A stretch of 64,000 nt of DNA from an uncultured Clostridia bacterium (GTDB lineage: Bacteria > Bacillota > Clostridia > Christensenellales > UBA1242): positions 4,894 to 68,893 of the forward strand of contig CALWEZ010000001.1 in the NCBI GenBank assembly GCA_944377455.1. Reading direction: 5' to 3'. Under the pieces are notes generated by a model. The model was not told the DNA's origin. It saw only the letters and a program-made list of their open reading frames with translations, and ran no database searches. Position numbers and translations under genes: made by a program. This document shows, in pieces, positions 30,878-38,939 of this stretch. Position 1 is the first letter of the stretch. Every line of letters starts with the position of its first letter.

Positions 30878-31195
30878 ATGCCATACATTGTTACAGAACC
30901 AATTAAAATACCAGGAACAAAACTTGGATATGCTGTTTATCCTTTTCAAATACACTACTTGGATAAACAGAATAAAAAGGAAGTAAGTCCTTTAAAGTTA
31001 TACATCTTCGAACTTAAGGATAGTAATTTCATTGAGATAGAGAGAACGCTATATCAAAAGGATATTCCATTAAGTATGCAAAATGTCAAAATTTTGGACA
31101 AAACTTTGAAAGAGTTTATCATAAATAACGAAGAATATGTCACAAATGTAGACAGAATGGATGAATTTTTTGCAGACAAAACGAAAAAGAGATAA
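30878..31195 (+). CDS. Hypothetical protein (105 aa)
   Basis: ORF with a strong RBS (AAAGGAGGG, 6-nt spacing). No family recognised. Confidence 0.55.
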   Translation: MPYIVTEPIKIPGTKLGYAVYPFQIHYLDKQNKKEVSPLKLYIFELKDSNFIEIERTLYQKDIPLSMQNVKILDKTLKEFIINNEEYVTNVDRMDEFFADKTKKR

Positions 31196-31240
31196 TTTTT
31201 CTCTTTATTTTTTTCTCATTTTGTGCTATCCTTAATAAAT

Positions 31241-33295
31241 ATGAAAACCTACATAAACTCGAGGCCATTTTTTTATTGTTTTCTTGCGTTACTCTTTGCT
31301 ATCGCAGTGACGCGATATGTTTTTGATTTAAGTATACAACATATCGTGCTTTTGGTTTCGGTTTTGGTGGGTGTAATTGCTACACTTATCTGCTTCAAAA
31401 AGTTTTTCATATTGTTCTTAATTCTTGCCACCATGCTGTTTGGCGGTTGCTGGTATTTTGTTGGAATAAACATTTATCAAATTGAAAATTTTGACGGAGC
31501 GGTCATGGTCTCTGGCAGGCTGTCGGACGATGTGGAGTATGGCGAAGGCGAAACGACATTTCTATTAAAGGATGTTTCGGTCAACGGAAAGAGCGTAAAG
31601 AATGTGGATTTAACCATCGAAGGCACTGGCAGAAATTTAAATGTCGGCGATGTTATCGAGTTTGAAACTGAACTTGATGATGTGAATTTGTTTAGTCTTG
31701 GCTCTTTTAATCTTACATATTATCGCAATAAGATAGGCTACACGGCAAAGGTCGACATAGCGGATGTCAATGTTATCAGTTACGACATCAAACTTGTGGA
31801 AAAGTTTAGGCTGAGAGTTAAGGAACTACTGAATGAGAATATGAGCGCCGACGACAGCGCCACGGCGTATGCGATTTTGTTTGGCTACACCAACGATATA
31901 GACAATGAGACCTATAATTCCTATCGTGACGCAGGCATTCTGCATCTTCTTGCTGTTTCTGGCTTAAACGTCACATTTTTAATTTCGCTGATTGGTTTTA
32001 TCTTAAAACTCTTCAAGGTCAACAGGTGGACAAATTTTATCACTTGCTTTATCGTGCTTATCATATATGCCTATCTCTGCTCGTTCGCGCCGTCGATATT
32101 AAGAGCAGGTATCATGGGCATCATCTTTCTTGCCTGTCAACTTTCGGGCAGGTGCTATGACAGTTTAAACACCTTGGGCGTTGCAGGCATTTTAGTGCTT
32201 GTCACATCTCCGCTTTTTGCCTTTGACATCGGCTTTTTGATGAGTTACTTTTGCGTTATGGGCATAGTTCTATTGAGTCCAATCCTTTCAAGTTTCCTTA
32301 AAAAGATATTTCCAAAATTTGTGGCAGACTCGCTGGCTGTTTCGATAAGTGCAACTGTTGCCATTCTGCCGTTTTTAGCGTTGATGTATTCCGAACTAAA
32401 TTTGCTTTCCTTCTTCACAAATATTTTGGCAGTTCCGCTCTTTTCGATTGCCTATCCGTTTCTCTGCGTCGCGGTGCTAATTTGCCTTATCTTTCCGTTT
32501 ATGGGCTTTACGCTGACGCTATGCGGATACATCTTCACGTTGGTGAATTTAATCGCGCAATTTTTCGCGCAGACCTCTCTTTCATTTAGGCTTTCGCCAA
32601 TAGTTGTGTCAAATTCTGCGTTTAGCTATCTCATAATCTTTTCTATGAGCAAATTTTTCATGGTGTCCGCTAGAGGCAAGGTGGTAAGTTTTGTTTCGCT
32701 TGCTTCGCCTCTTTTAGTTACTGCGTGCGTGTTCGCCTTTGTGCCGATGTGCAGTTCTGGCGTGCTGTATGCCTACACGCGCGATAACTCCTTTGCAGTT
32801 TTAACCAACTCTCAAAAGGAAACACTTATCTTAGACGCCACATGGAGTTACAGCGATGTCAATAACGCGCTAATTTTAGTGAACGCATATGATGTTGTTG
32901 GCAATGTTCAAGTAAACAACGTTTTCTCGTCATCTTCGCAGGAATTTTTAAATATTTCGAACTATTCTCATATAGATATAACTAACCGTGAAGGCACGGA
33001 GATTTTATCATTTGACACCGACTATTACCTAGGCGATTTTCGACTGCGCTATGTAACCTATGAAGAAAATTTGGTTGGACTTGAAGTGGGCTTTGATGAT
33101 ATACTAGTGCTGAGAACGGCAAGCGATTTAACGGGCGAAGAGATTTCTTACATATCGACACTGCCATACGATTTAATTTTGACTGAGCTATCAAGCGAAT
33201 ATTTCTTAAGCACGCAGTCGGGAGTGCTGTCAACAGAGAAAGAAAGTGCGTTTAATGATGGATATATGTTTCTTTCAGTCAAAAATTTAGTTTAA
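31241..33295 (+). CDS. comEC: ComEC/Rec2-family DNA internalisation channel protein (C-terminal domain lacks metallo-beta-lactamase motifs)
   Basis: N-terminal DUF4131-like OB region followed by a competence domain with AGILHLLAVSGLNV and many TM segments. holA follows, as in Bacillus. ATG 31241 is preferred over the track's GTG 31223. Confidence 0.8.
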   Translation: MKTYINSRPFFYCFLALLFAIAVTRYVFDLSIQHIVLLVSVLVGVIATLICFKKFFILFLILATMLFGGCWYFVGINIYQIENFDGAVMVSGRLSDDVEYGEGETTFLLKDVSVNGKSVKNVDLTIEGTGRNLNVGDVIEFETELDDVNLFSLGSFNLTYYRNKIGYTAKVDIADVNVISYDIKLVEKFRLRVKELLNENMSADDSATAYAILFGYTNDIDNETYNSYRDAGILHLLAVSGLNVTFLISLIGFILKLFKVNRWTNFITCFIVLIIYAYLCSFAPSILRAGIMGIIFLACQLSGRCYDSLNTLGVAGILVLVTSPLFAFDIGFLMSYFCVMGIVLLSPILSSFLKKIFPKFVADSLAVSISATVAILPFLALMYSELNLLSFFTNILAVPLFSIAYPFLCVAVLICLIFPFMGFTLTLCGYIFTLVNLIAQFFAQTSLSFRLSPIVVSNSAFSYLIIFSMSKFFMVSARGKVVSFVSLASPLLVTACVFAFVPMCSSGVLYAYTRDNSFAVLTNSQKETLILDATWSYSDVNNALILVNAYDVVGNVQVNNVFSSSSQEFLNISNYSHIDITNREGTEILSFDTDYYLGDFRLRYVTYEENLVGLEVGFDDILVLRTASDLTGEEISYISTLPYDLILTELSSEYFLSTQSGVLSTEKESAFNDGYMFLSVKNLV

Positions 33296-33304
33296 GGAGA
33301 AAAT

Positions 33305-34237
33305 ATGAAAACACTTTTGCAAAGATTATCAAAAAAGATTGAGCCTTGCTATCTCATTCAGGGCGAAGATATTTTGCTCTACGACAAGGCGCTTGAACTT
33401 ATCAAAAACGCCTGCCATTTGGAACTTGAAGAGTTTAATTTAATCAAGTTTGATGACGACAATTTTAAAACGGACACCGTTATCGATACACTTAACACTT
33501 TGCCAATGGGAAGCGAGAAAAAGGTGGTGCTATTAAAAAATTTGACAAAAATTCCAGAAGATTTCAAGAAGAAACTCAACGCCTATCTAAAGTCGCCACA
33601 GCCGACCACTTGCCTTGTTATATTTGATTTCTATAACAACTTCAACTTTATCATAAGCGAAAAGGTCAGCGCGAAAAGGTTGGATGAGCCATCGCTATCG
33701 AAAATTGTGGTGGCAGAACTTGAAAAGGCGGGCAAAGCAATCAACGCCGATGCTAAATCACTTCTATTGTCCTACTGCTGTGACTACTATTCACTCATAT
33801 TCAACGAACTTGAAAAGTTGAAATATTGCGACAGCGACGTGATAACAACAAAGGACATCGAAAGTTTAGTGACAAAAGAGACCGAGTTTTCAGTGTTTGA
33901 ACTAAGCGAAGCGCTTTCAAAACGCAATGTTGAAAAGGCGGTTGAACTTTTAAGCAAGATGGATAAAGACACCAAGACATTTTCGCTCATTCTCAACCAT
34001 TTTAGGCGTATGTTTTTCGTTGCCATATCGAAAGAAACTGACCAAGAACTATCAAAGGAGTTGTCGGTTAAAGAGTTTGCAGTGACCAAGGCGCGTGCTC
34101 TTTCTAAAAACTTTTCTAAAATACAACTTAAAAACATCTACGAACTCTTATCCGATGTCGACTTTTACATCAAAAATGGTCAAATGCAGATTGAAAACGC
34201 GCTATTTTACTTGATTTTCAGCATACTTTATGCGTGA
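33305..34237 (+). CDS. holA: DNA polymerase III delta subunit
   Basis: About 310 aa. The N-terminal ...YLIQGEDILL..., the position directly after comEC and the general delta-subunit pattern fit. RBS AAGGAG. Confidence 0.75.
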   Translation: MKTLLQRLSKKIEPCYLIQGEDILLYDKALELIKNACHLELEEFNLIKFDDDNFKTDTVIDTLNTLPMGSEKKVVLLKNLTKIPEDFKKKLNAYLKSPQPTTCLVIFDFYNNFNFIISEKVSAKRLDEPSLSKIVVAELEKAGKAINADAKSLLLSYCCDYYSLIFNELEKLKYCDSDVITTKDIESLVTKETEFSVFELSEALSKRNVEKAVELLSKMDKDTKTFSLILNHFRRMFFVAISKETDQELSKELSVKEFAVTKARALSKNFSKIQLKNIYELLSDVDFYIKNGQMQIENALFYLIFSILYA

Positions 34238-34372
34238 AAATCAAGAGTGAAGAGTTAAGGAAAGATTGTAAAAGTGAAGAGTTGTGGATGAGCAAACGCA
34301 AGTGTTTGAGTGAAGAGTGAAAAGTGAAGGGAAATCAAAAATTTCCAGTGAAGAGTTGTGGATGATTTTATA
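34238..34372 (+). repeat. Intergenic AGTGAAG-hairpin repeat array A
   Basis: Six GTGAAR motifs in about 135 bp, interspersed with hairpins CAAAC/GTTTG and GGAAAT/ATTTCC. AGTGAAGAGTTGTGGATGA occurs twice. Confidence 0.8.
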
Positions 34373-34403
34373 GCAAAAATTTTTAAATAAAAAGGAGAAA
34401 ACT

Positions 34404-35003
34404 ATGGAAGAAAGAGATTTAGAAGAACTGAAAGAAGAGTTCAAGGAGATTTATTTCGACAATATCGAGCGTGACGGAGCGGAGGACCTTTTGGAGTTTT
34501 TGGAGCGGTCTGACTTTTTTAGTGCACCGGCAAGCACGCGTAACCATTCGGCATACGAAGGCGGACTTTGTGAGCATAGCATAAATGTCTACAAGCGCTT
34601 TGTCAAACTTTTGGAAGCGGAGTATGGCAACTATGAAGAGAAGATTTCCAACGAAAGCGTGGCAATAATTGCTCTTCTTCACGACATTTGCAAGGTCAAT
34701 TTCTATGTTAAGGACTTAAAGAATGTGAAACGTGACGGCGTTTGGACGCAAGAACCTTTCTATCGAATTGAAGATAGTTTGCCATACGGTCATGGCGAAA
34801 AGTCGGTGTATATGATTTCTGGTTTTATGAGGCTGACGCGTGAAGAGGCGATGGCAATCAACTGGCATATGGGCGGTTTTGACCCGAGAATCAGAGAGGG
34901 CGGTGTTCGGCTCACCGATGTCTACTACCGCTATCCAATCGCCTTTCTCTTCCACATCGCCGACAACATGGCAACATACTTAGACGAAAAACCGACGAAA
35001 TAA
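34404..35003 (+). CDS. HD-domain metal-dependent phosphohydrolase
   Basis: FFSAPASTRNHSAYEGGLCEHS (His), LLHDICK (HD) and INWHMGGFD motifs. RBS AAAGGAG. Confidence 0.75.
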   Translation: MEERDLEELKEEFKEIYFDNIERDGAEDLLEFLERSDFFSAPASTRNHSAYEGGLCEHSINVYKRFVKLLEAEYGNYEEKISNESVAIIALLHDICKVNFYVKDLKNVKRDGVWTQEPFYRIEDSLPYGHGEKSVYMISGFMRLTREEAMAINWHMGGFDPRIREGGVRLTDVYYRYPIAFLFHIADNMATYLDEKPTK

Positions 35004-35322
35004 AAATCAAAGATTTTTAAATAAGAAAGAAGAAATAAAAAAGAAAAGTTGTGGAAGAGTTTTAAAGAGTGAAAAGTGAAAGAGAAGTTTTGCGACTTCC
35101 AGTGAAGAATTGTGGATGCTTTTAGAAAGTGAAAAGTGAAGGGAAGGCAAGCCTTCCAGTGAAGGAAAACCTGCGGTTTTCAGTGAAGAGTGGGCAAACG
35201 CAAAGCGTTTGAGTGAAGAACGAAAGAAAATCAAAGATTTTCAAGTGAAAAGTGAAGAGTTGTGGATGATTTTAAAAAGTGAAAAGTGCTTGTTCGCGGT
35301 GAAGGAAAGACAAAGACTTTTC
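35004..35322 (+). repeat. Intergenic AGTGAAG-hairpin repeat array B
   Basis: Twelve GTGAAR motifs in about 260 bp. Four consecutive units carry 7-bp stems of unrelated sequence with 2-3-nt loops, each followed by AGTGAAG: GGAAGGC/GCCTTCC, GAAAACC/GGTTTTC, CAAACGC/GCGTTTG and GAAAATC/GATTTTC. Confidence 0.85.
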
Positions 35323-35442
35323 ATTATAGATAATTTTAGATAAATTATGTATAAGGATGGAAGCCAACGAAGATAACAATTTTGAAAGTTTTATAAAGCC
35401 AAAAATTTCGCTTTAAATTGCACATTATTTTCAAAAAAGGTA

Positions 35443-35471
35443 TTGACACCGCCCGCGTTTTATTATATAAT
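35443..35471 (+). promoter_or_regulatory. Consensus SigA-type promoter of the 937-aa gene
   Basis: TTGACA, 17-nt spacer, TATAAT, located 33 nt upstream of the ATG at 35504. Confidence 0.65.
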
Positions 35472-35503
35472 AATAACAACAAAAAATAGGAGGTTTATGT
35501 TTT

Positions 35504-38317
35504 ATGGCAACTTTATTAGAACAAGTAAAAGAGGCTATAGAGAAATTTAAAACGGACGACAGTGTCATTAAAGCAAAAGGCGCTTCAGATAATTTGGTGG
35601 CGTATTTGGTTCCAGACACTTATGAAGTTAGCGATTTAAGGGGAAAAGTTTTAGTATATTGCCCACGGGCACAAGCAGGAAATAAATATCGAATTGCACT
35701 TCAAAGTACAGGTCCAAGGAAGGCTTTAGGTGATAAAACGCTTGAAGTTTCTTGTGTTATCTTGAAAGATGATATGACTTTAGGTAACCTAGAGAGTAGT
35801 GGAAGAACTAAAGTAATTATAAGCGGAAGCGGTGATAAAAAGAATAAGGATTTTAAAGATAGTGTAGATGCAATAGCAGATGCCCTAAAAATTGAAAAGA
35901 AAAAAAGCGCTAGTTCCGCAAACAAGTTTAAAGCATTTAATAAAGGACAAACTCCAGGACTTGTTCCAAAAGGCGATCCTGTATTGCACTATGATGGCAA
36001 AATGCTTGCACGAGAATATTTGAGAGGAATGCATGAAGAATTGCAAAGACAAAGCGCGGTGCCAGGCTCAAAAAGACGTAGCGGGCTTCCTAAATTTATT
36101 AAAGTGAATGGCAACGATGTGGTTGCAGGTTACTATGAATTTAAAGGCGTTCCTAACTCACTTATAAGTGATTTACCTGCAAAACAAAGAAAGTATGGTA
36201 ATTTTGCAAGAAGAGCACAGAGAAAAATGGTGTCTGATGAAAAAATAGATATTACTAACTCTAAGTTCAATTCTAAATCAAGCCAAGCCTGGGAAGAATA
36301 TAATGATGCACGTGAACAATATAATATGGCTGAAGACGAGGCGACTAAAAAGAAATGGCAGAAAAAGATGGATAAAGCGGAAGCGAGAGCAAAGGACGCT
36401 GGTTCGCCTATAGGTAAGTCAACAGTTAGGTTATATGTAAGCAAATATGCTGGAAACAACGGAAAACATGACCTTTATCTTCAAATAGGCAACAACCTTG
36501 CGCTTCCAACAAAAGATAATGACGGAAAAATCCTAGGAGTAAATAAGGTTAGTGAATTTACTCATGCAAAAGGCAAGAAAAATCTTGTTGTTGCAGTTGT
36601 ATATCCAAAGGCAAGCAGTAGAAATTCAGCCTTAACAAGCAATAATATGATTGTGTTTGGTGAGAATAAACCATTGCAAACATTGGTTAGCGAATGGAGA
36701 GAAGCAGAAAAAGATAAGAGCAAAACCGCATTCGCAGAACGCTTAGGGGGAGAAAATGGCTTGCCATATGAAACATACACCGCACTAGACAGCGAAAGCA
36801 ATGGCGACAAATATATTGAAAATGGCAGTCCAATCGTTAAGATTGGTGAGGCATTAAAATATGCTAAGGCTGGCGTTATAGGTGCAGTTTTAGGTGGTGT
36901 AGTTGCGGCAACAATAATAACTTCGCTAGGCGGTGGTCAAATTTCCGATAACATAAATAGAAGTGCAATAGAAAATGCAGCACGTGAGGGGTCATTAGCA
37001 CATATTTTTAACACTTTGGAAATTTCGGAAGAAACATATGGAAATGATTCAAATGGAATTGAGACTGCAAGCTTACCCGATACAAAAGGCAAGACATATG
37101 CAAATCTATTCAATTACACATCTTTAAACAACGAAAGTAATGTTATTATCGACACGGCTTCTGAAAGTGAGATTGAAAAGATGTTTAATTCAACCACGTA
37201 TGCTTCGACATTTGGTTATAACTATCAAACTGCCATTGATAATAACACAAACTATTTTGCTAGAGCGGCAGCTGGCAACATTATAGAAGGAATGGACTAC
37301 ACAGCTGAAGCAATTAGAGGAAGCTTTGAAGGATTAGGCGCAGCGGCAGGGCAGGAAATTGCTGAACATGGTGTTTCACTTGCCGAAGGTGATATTATAT
37401 ATCCTAACGGGACAAATAATTCTTCTTCATTTGAGGAACTTTTGAGATATAAAGGTCTGTCAAGGCAATTAGCAACTGAGGCAGTGGATGCATATTCAAA
37501 CGCCTTTGCGATAACATATGAGGAAAATTTAAATCAAATTGAAGCGGAAGTGCCTGAAGAAGATTTTGACTTGAATGACAGTCAAGGAAACTTGCAAGAG
37601 ACAGTTAATGCGATTACTGGTGATAACATTCTAATAGTAAATGTTCATTACAATGATTCCAAAAAAAATGGTGTTATCTATGGTATTAACGAAGAAGGAA
37701 ATTTAAAAGAAATATCTTTCGAAAACACCACAGATATTGCTGTGACTAGCGCGGAGGGTCTTGAAACTGCATTGTTGTCTGATCCTGAGCCAGAGATTAA
37801 AGAATATGCGTCTCTCGACGGTTTAATGTTTGATGATTATACGCGAAATAACATCTACAACAATTTGACTGATGAAAATGGCAGAATTTTCTACCAGATT
37901 ACAGGCGTTCCAACACACGACGAAGAAATTGAAGTAGAAACTGAAAACGAAAATGGAAGCACAACCACCTCCACAACCACTGTCACAATCAACGCTCACT
38001 ATGATACAGTTGTTGTGACTTTGGATAAAAATTTCAATGTTGACAAAGCAAGCGTGAATGTGTATTCTAACAGCGGAAAGACGGAGTCTAAGGAAGGCAT
38101 TGTTAAAACAGCGGTAAGTGAGATTACTGATGGTAAAGTTCCAGGTTCACCTGCTCTTTACACCTTAACTTCTGAAGAACCAGAAACTTCAAGTTATCCA
38201 AATCAACTAAGTCAAGAAAACATAGAACAAGCACAAGAAGCTTTAAGAGAAGAACTTTCTAATGAAAACACAAATGGCACTCAAATAGTTCCAGTGTCAA
38301 AAGAAAGAACCAGATAG
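35504..38317 (+). CDS. Orphan bitopic membrane protein (937 aa): basic cytoplasmic N-terminal half, single TM, acidic extracytoplasmic C-terminal half
   Basis: Long intact ORF with an AGGAGG RBS. No signal peptide. A single hydrophobic segment (AGVIGAVLGGVVAATIITSLGGG) lies near aa 455-478. The N-terminal half is K/R-rich and the C-terminal half is D/E/N/T-rich. No family recognised. Confidence 0.8.
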   Translation: MATLLEQVKEAIEKFKTDDSVIKAKGASDNLVAYLVPDTYEVSDLRGKVLVYCPRAQAGNKYRIALQSTGPRKALGDKTLEVSCVILKDDMTLGNLESSGRTKVIISGSGDKKNKDFKDSVDAIADALKIEKKKSASSANKFKAFNKGQTPGLVPKGDPVLHYDGKMLAREYLRGMHEELQRQSAVPGSKRRSGLPKFIKVNGNDVVAGYYEFKGVPNSLISDLPAKQRKYGNFARRAQRKMVSDEKIDITNSKFNSKSSQAWEEYNDAREQYNMAEDEATKKKWQKKMDKAEARAKDAGSPIGKSTVRLYVSKYAGNNGKHDLYLQIGNNLALPTKDNDGKILGVNKVSEFTHAKGKKNLVVAVVYPKASSRNSALTSNNMIVFGENKPLQTLVSEWREAEKDKSKTAFAERLGGENGLPYETYTALDSESNGDKYIENGSPIVKIGEALKYAKAGVIGAVLGGVVAATIITSLGGGQISDNINRSAIENAAREGSLAHIFNTLEISEETYGNDSNGIETASLPDTKGKTYANLFNYTSLNNESNVIIDTASESEIEKMFNSTTYASTFGYNYQTAIDNNTNYFARAAAGNIIEGMDYTAEAIRGSFEGLGAAAGQEIAEHGVSLAEGDIIYPNGTNNSSSFEELLRYKGLSRQLATEAVDAYSNAFAITYEENLNQIEAEVPEEDFDLNDSQGNLQETVNAITGDNILIVNVHYNDSKKNGVIYGINEEGNLKEISFENTTDIAVTSAEGLETALLSDPEPEIKEYASLDGLMFDDYTRNNIYNNLTDENGRIFYQITGVPTHDEEIEVETENENGSTTTSTTTVTINAHYDTVVVTLDKNFNVDKASVNVYSNSGKTESKEGIVKTAVSEITDGKVPGSPALYTLTSEEPETSSYPNQLSQENIEQAQEALREELSNENTNGTQIVPVSKERTR

Positions 38318-38320
38318 TTA

Positions 38321-38349
38321 AAAAGCATGCCGAAATGGCATGCTTTTTT
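38321..38349 (+). terminator. Rho-independent terminator of the 937-aa gene
   Basis: AGCATGCC-GAAA-TGGCATGCT hairpin followed by T6, with an A5 run upstream. Confidence 0.8.
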
Positions 38350-38441
38350 GTCTCTTATTTCAAAAATAATTCAAACCGAAAGAAAGATTAAAGGAGAAAA
38401 AATAAAAAAGAAGAATACAAACAAAAATAATCCTCTTCAAA

Positions 38442-38485
38442 GTTGCGACCAACTCACCAATGTAATGCGAGTTGCGTTTGGTCGC
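38442..38485 (-). repeat. GCGACCAAACG...GTCGC structured repeat, copy 1
   Basis: On the - strand it reads GCGACCAAACG-CAACTC-gcattacattggt-GAGTTG-GTCGC. About 33/44 nt are identical to the + strand copy at 39119-39162. Confidence 0.6.
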
Positions 38486-38560
38486 AAAAAAGAAAAAACA
38501 AGCAACAAATGAAATTTTGAAACTTGTTTTCAAAATGAATAATAAGCGCAGTTTTTTCTT

Positions 38561-38646
38561 TGGTGCGGATAACAGGATTTGAACCTGCATGAGATTGCTC
38601 TCACTAGGACCTGAACCTAGCGCGTCTGCCATTCCGCCATATCCGC
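38561..38646 (-). tRNA. tRNA-Leu (anticodon CAG), CCA encoded
   Basis: The reverse complement reads GCGGATATGGCGGAATGGCAGACGCGCTAGGTTCAGGTCCTAGTGAGAGCAATCTCATGCAGGTTCAAATCCTGTTATCCGCACCA. It has a 7-bp acceptor stem, anticodon stem CTAGG/CCTAG with loop TTCAGGT, a long variable arm and a GGTTCAAATCC T-loop. Confidence 0.93.
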
Positions 38647-38811
38647 ATAATCATATTTTTATATTATCGGAAGTTGAACCAAGCGCGACGAAGTCGCATT
38701 TGAGTGAGACTGATGGTCATACATACTATGTGATGAACACAATTTGTTATGTTTTTGCGTTTAGCAAAATTAAAATTTAACTTGCTTAAATTTTATCATC
38801 ACATAGTTTAT

Positions 38812-38840
38812 ATTATATCCATTTTGTTTTGCCTTGTCAA
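38812..38840 (-). promoter_or_regulatory. Consensus promoter about 160 nt upstream of tRNA-Leu
   Basis: On the - strand: TTGACA, 17-nt spacer, TATAAT. Confidence 0.55.
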
Positions 38841-38939
38841 GTCAACGCGAGATTTCGCACACTTTTCTCAAAACTTTTTCCGCTTTAGAATTCTTTTTTT
38901 AAATTTTAAATATCCATAATCATCATAAATAATTTATTC

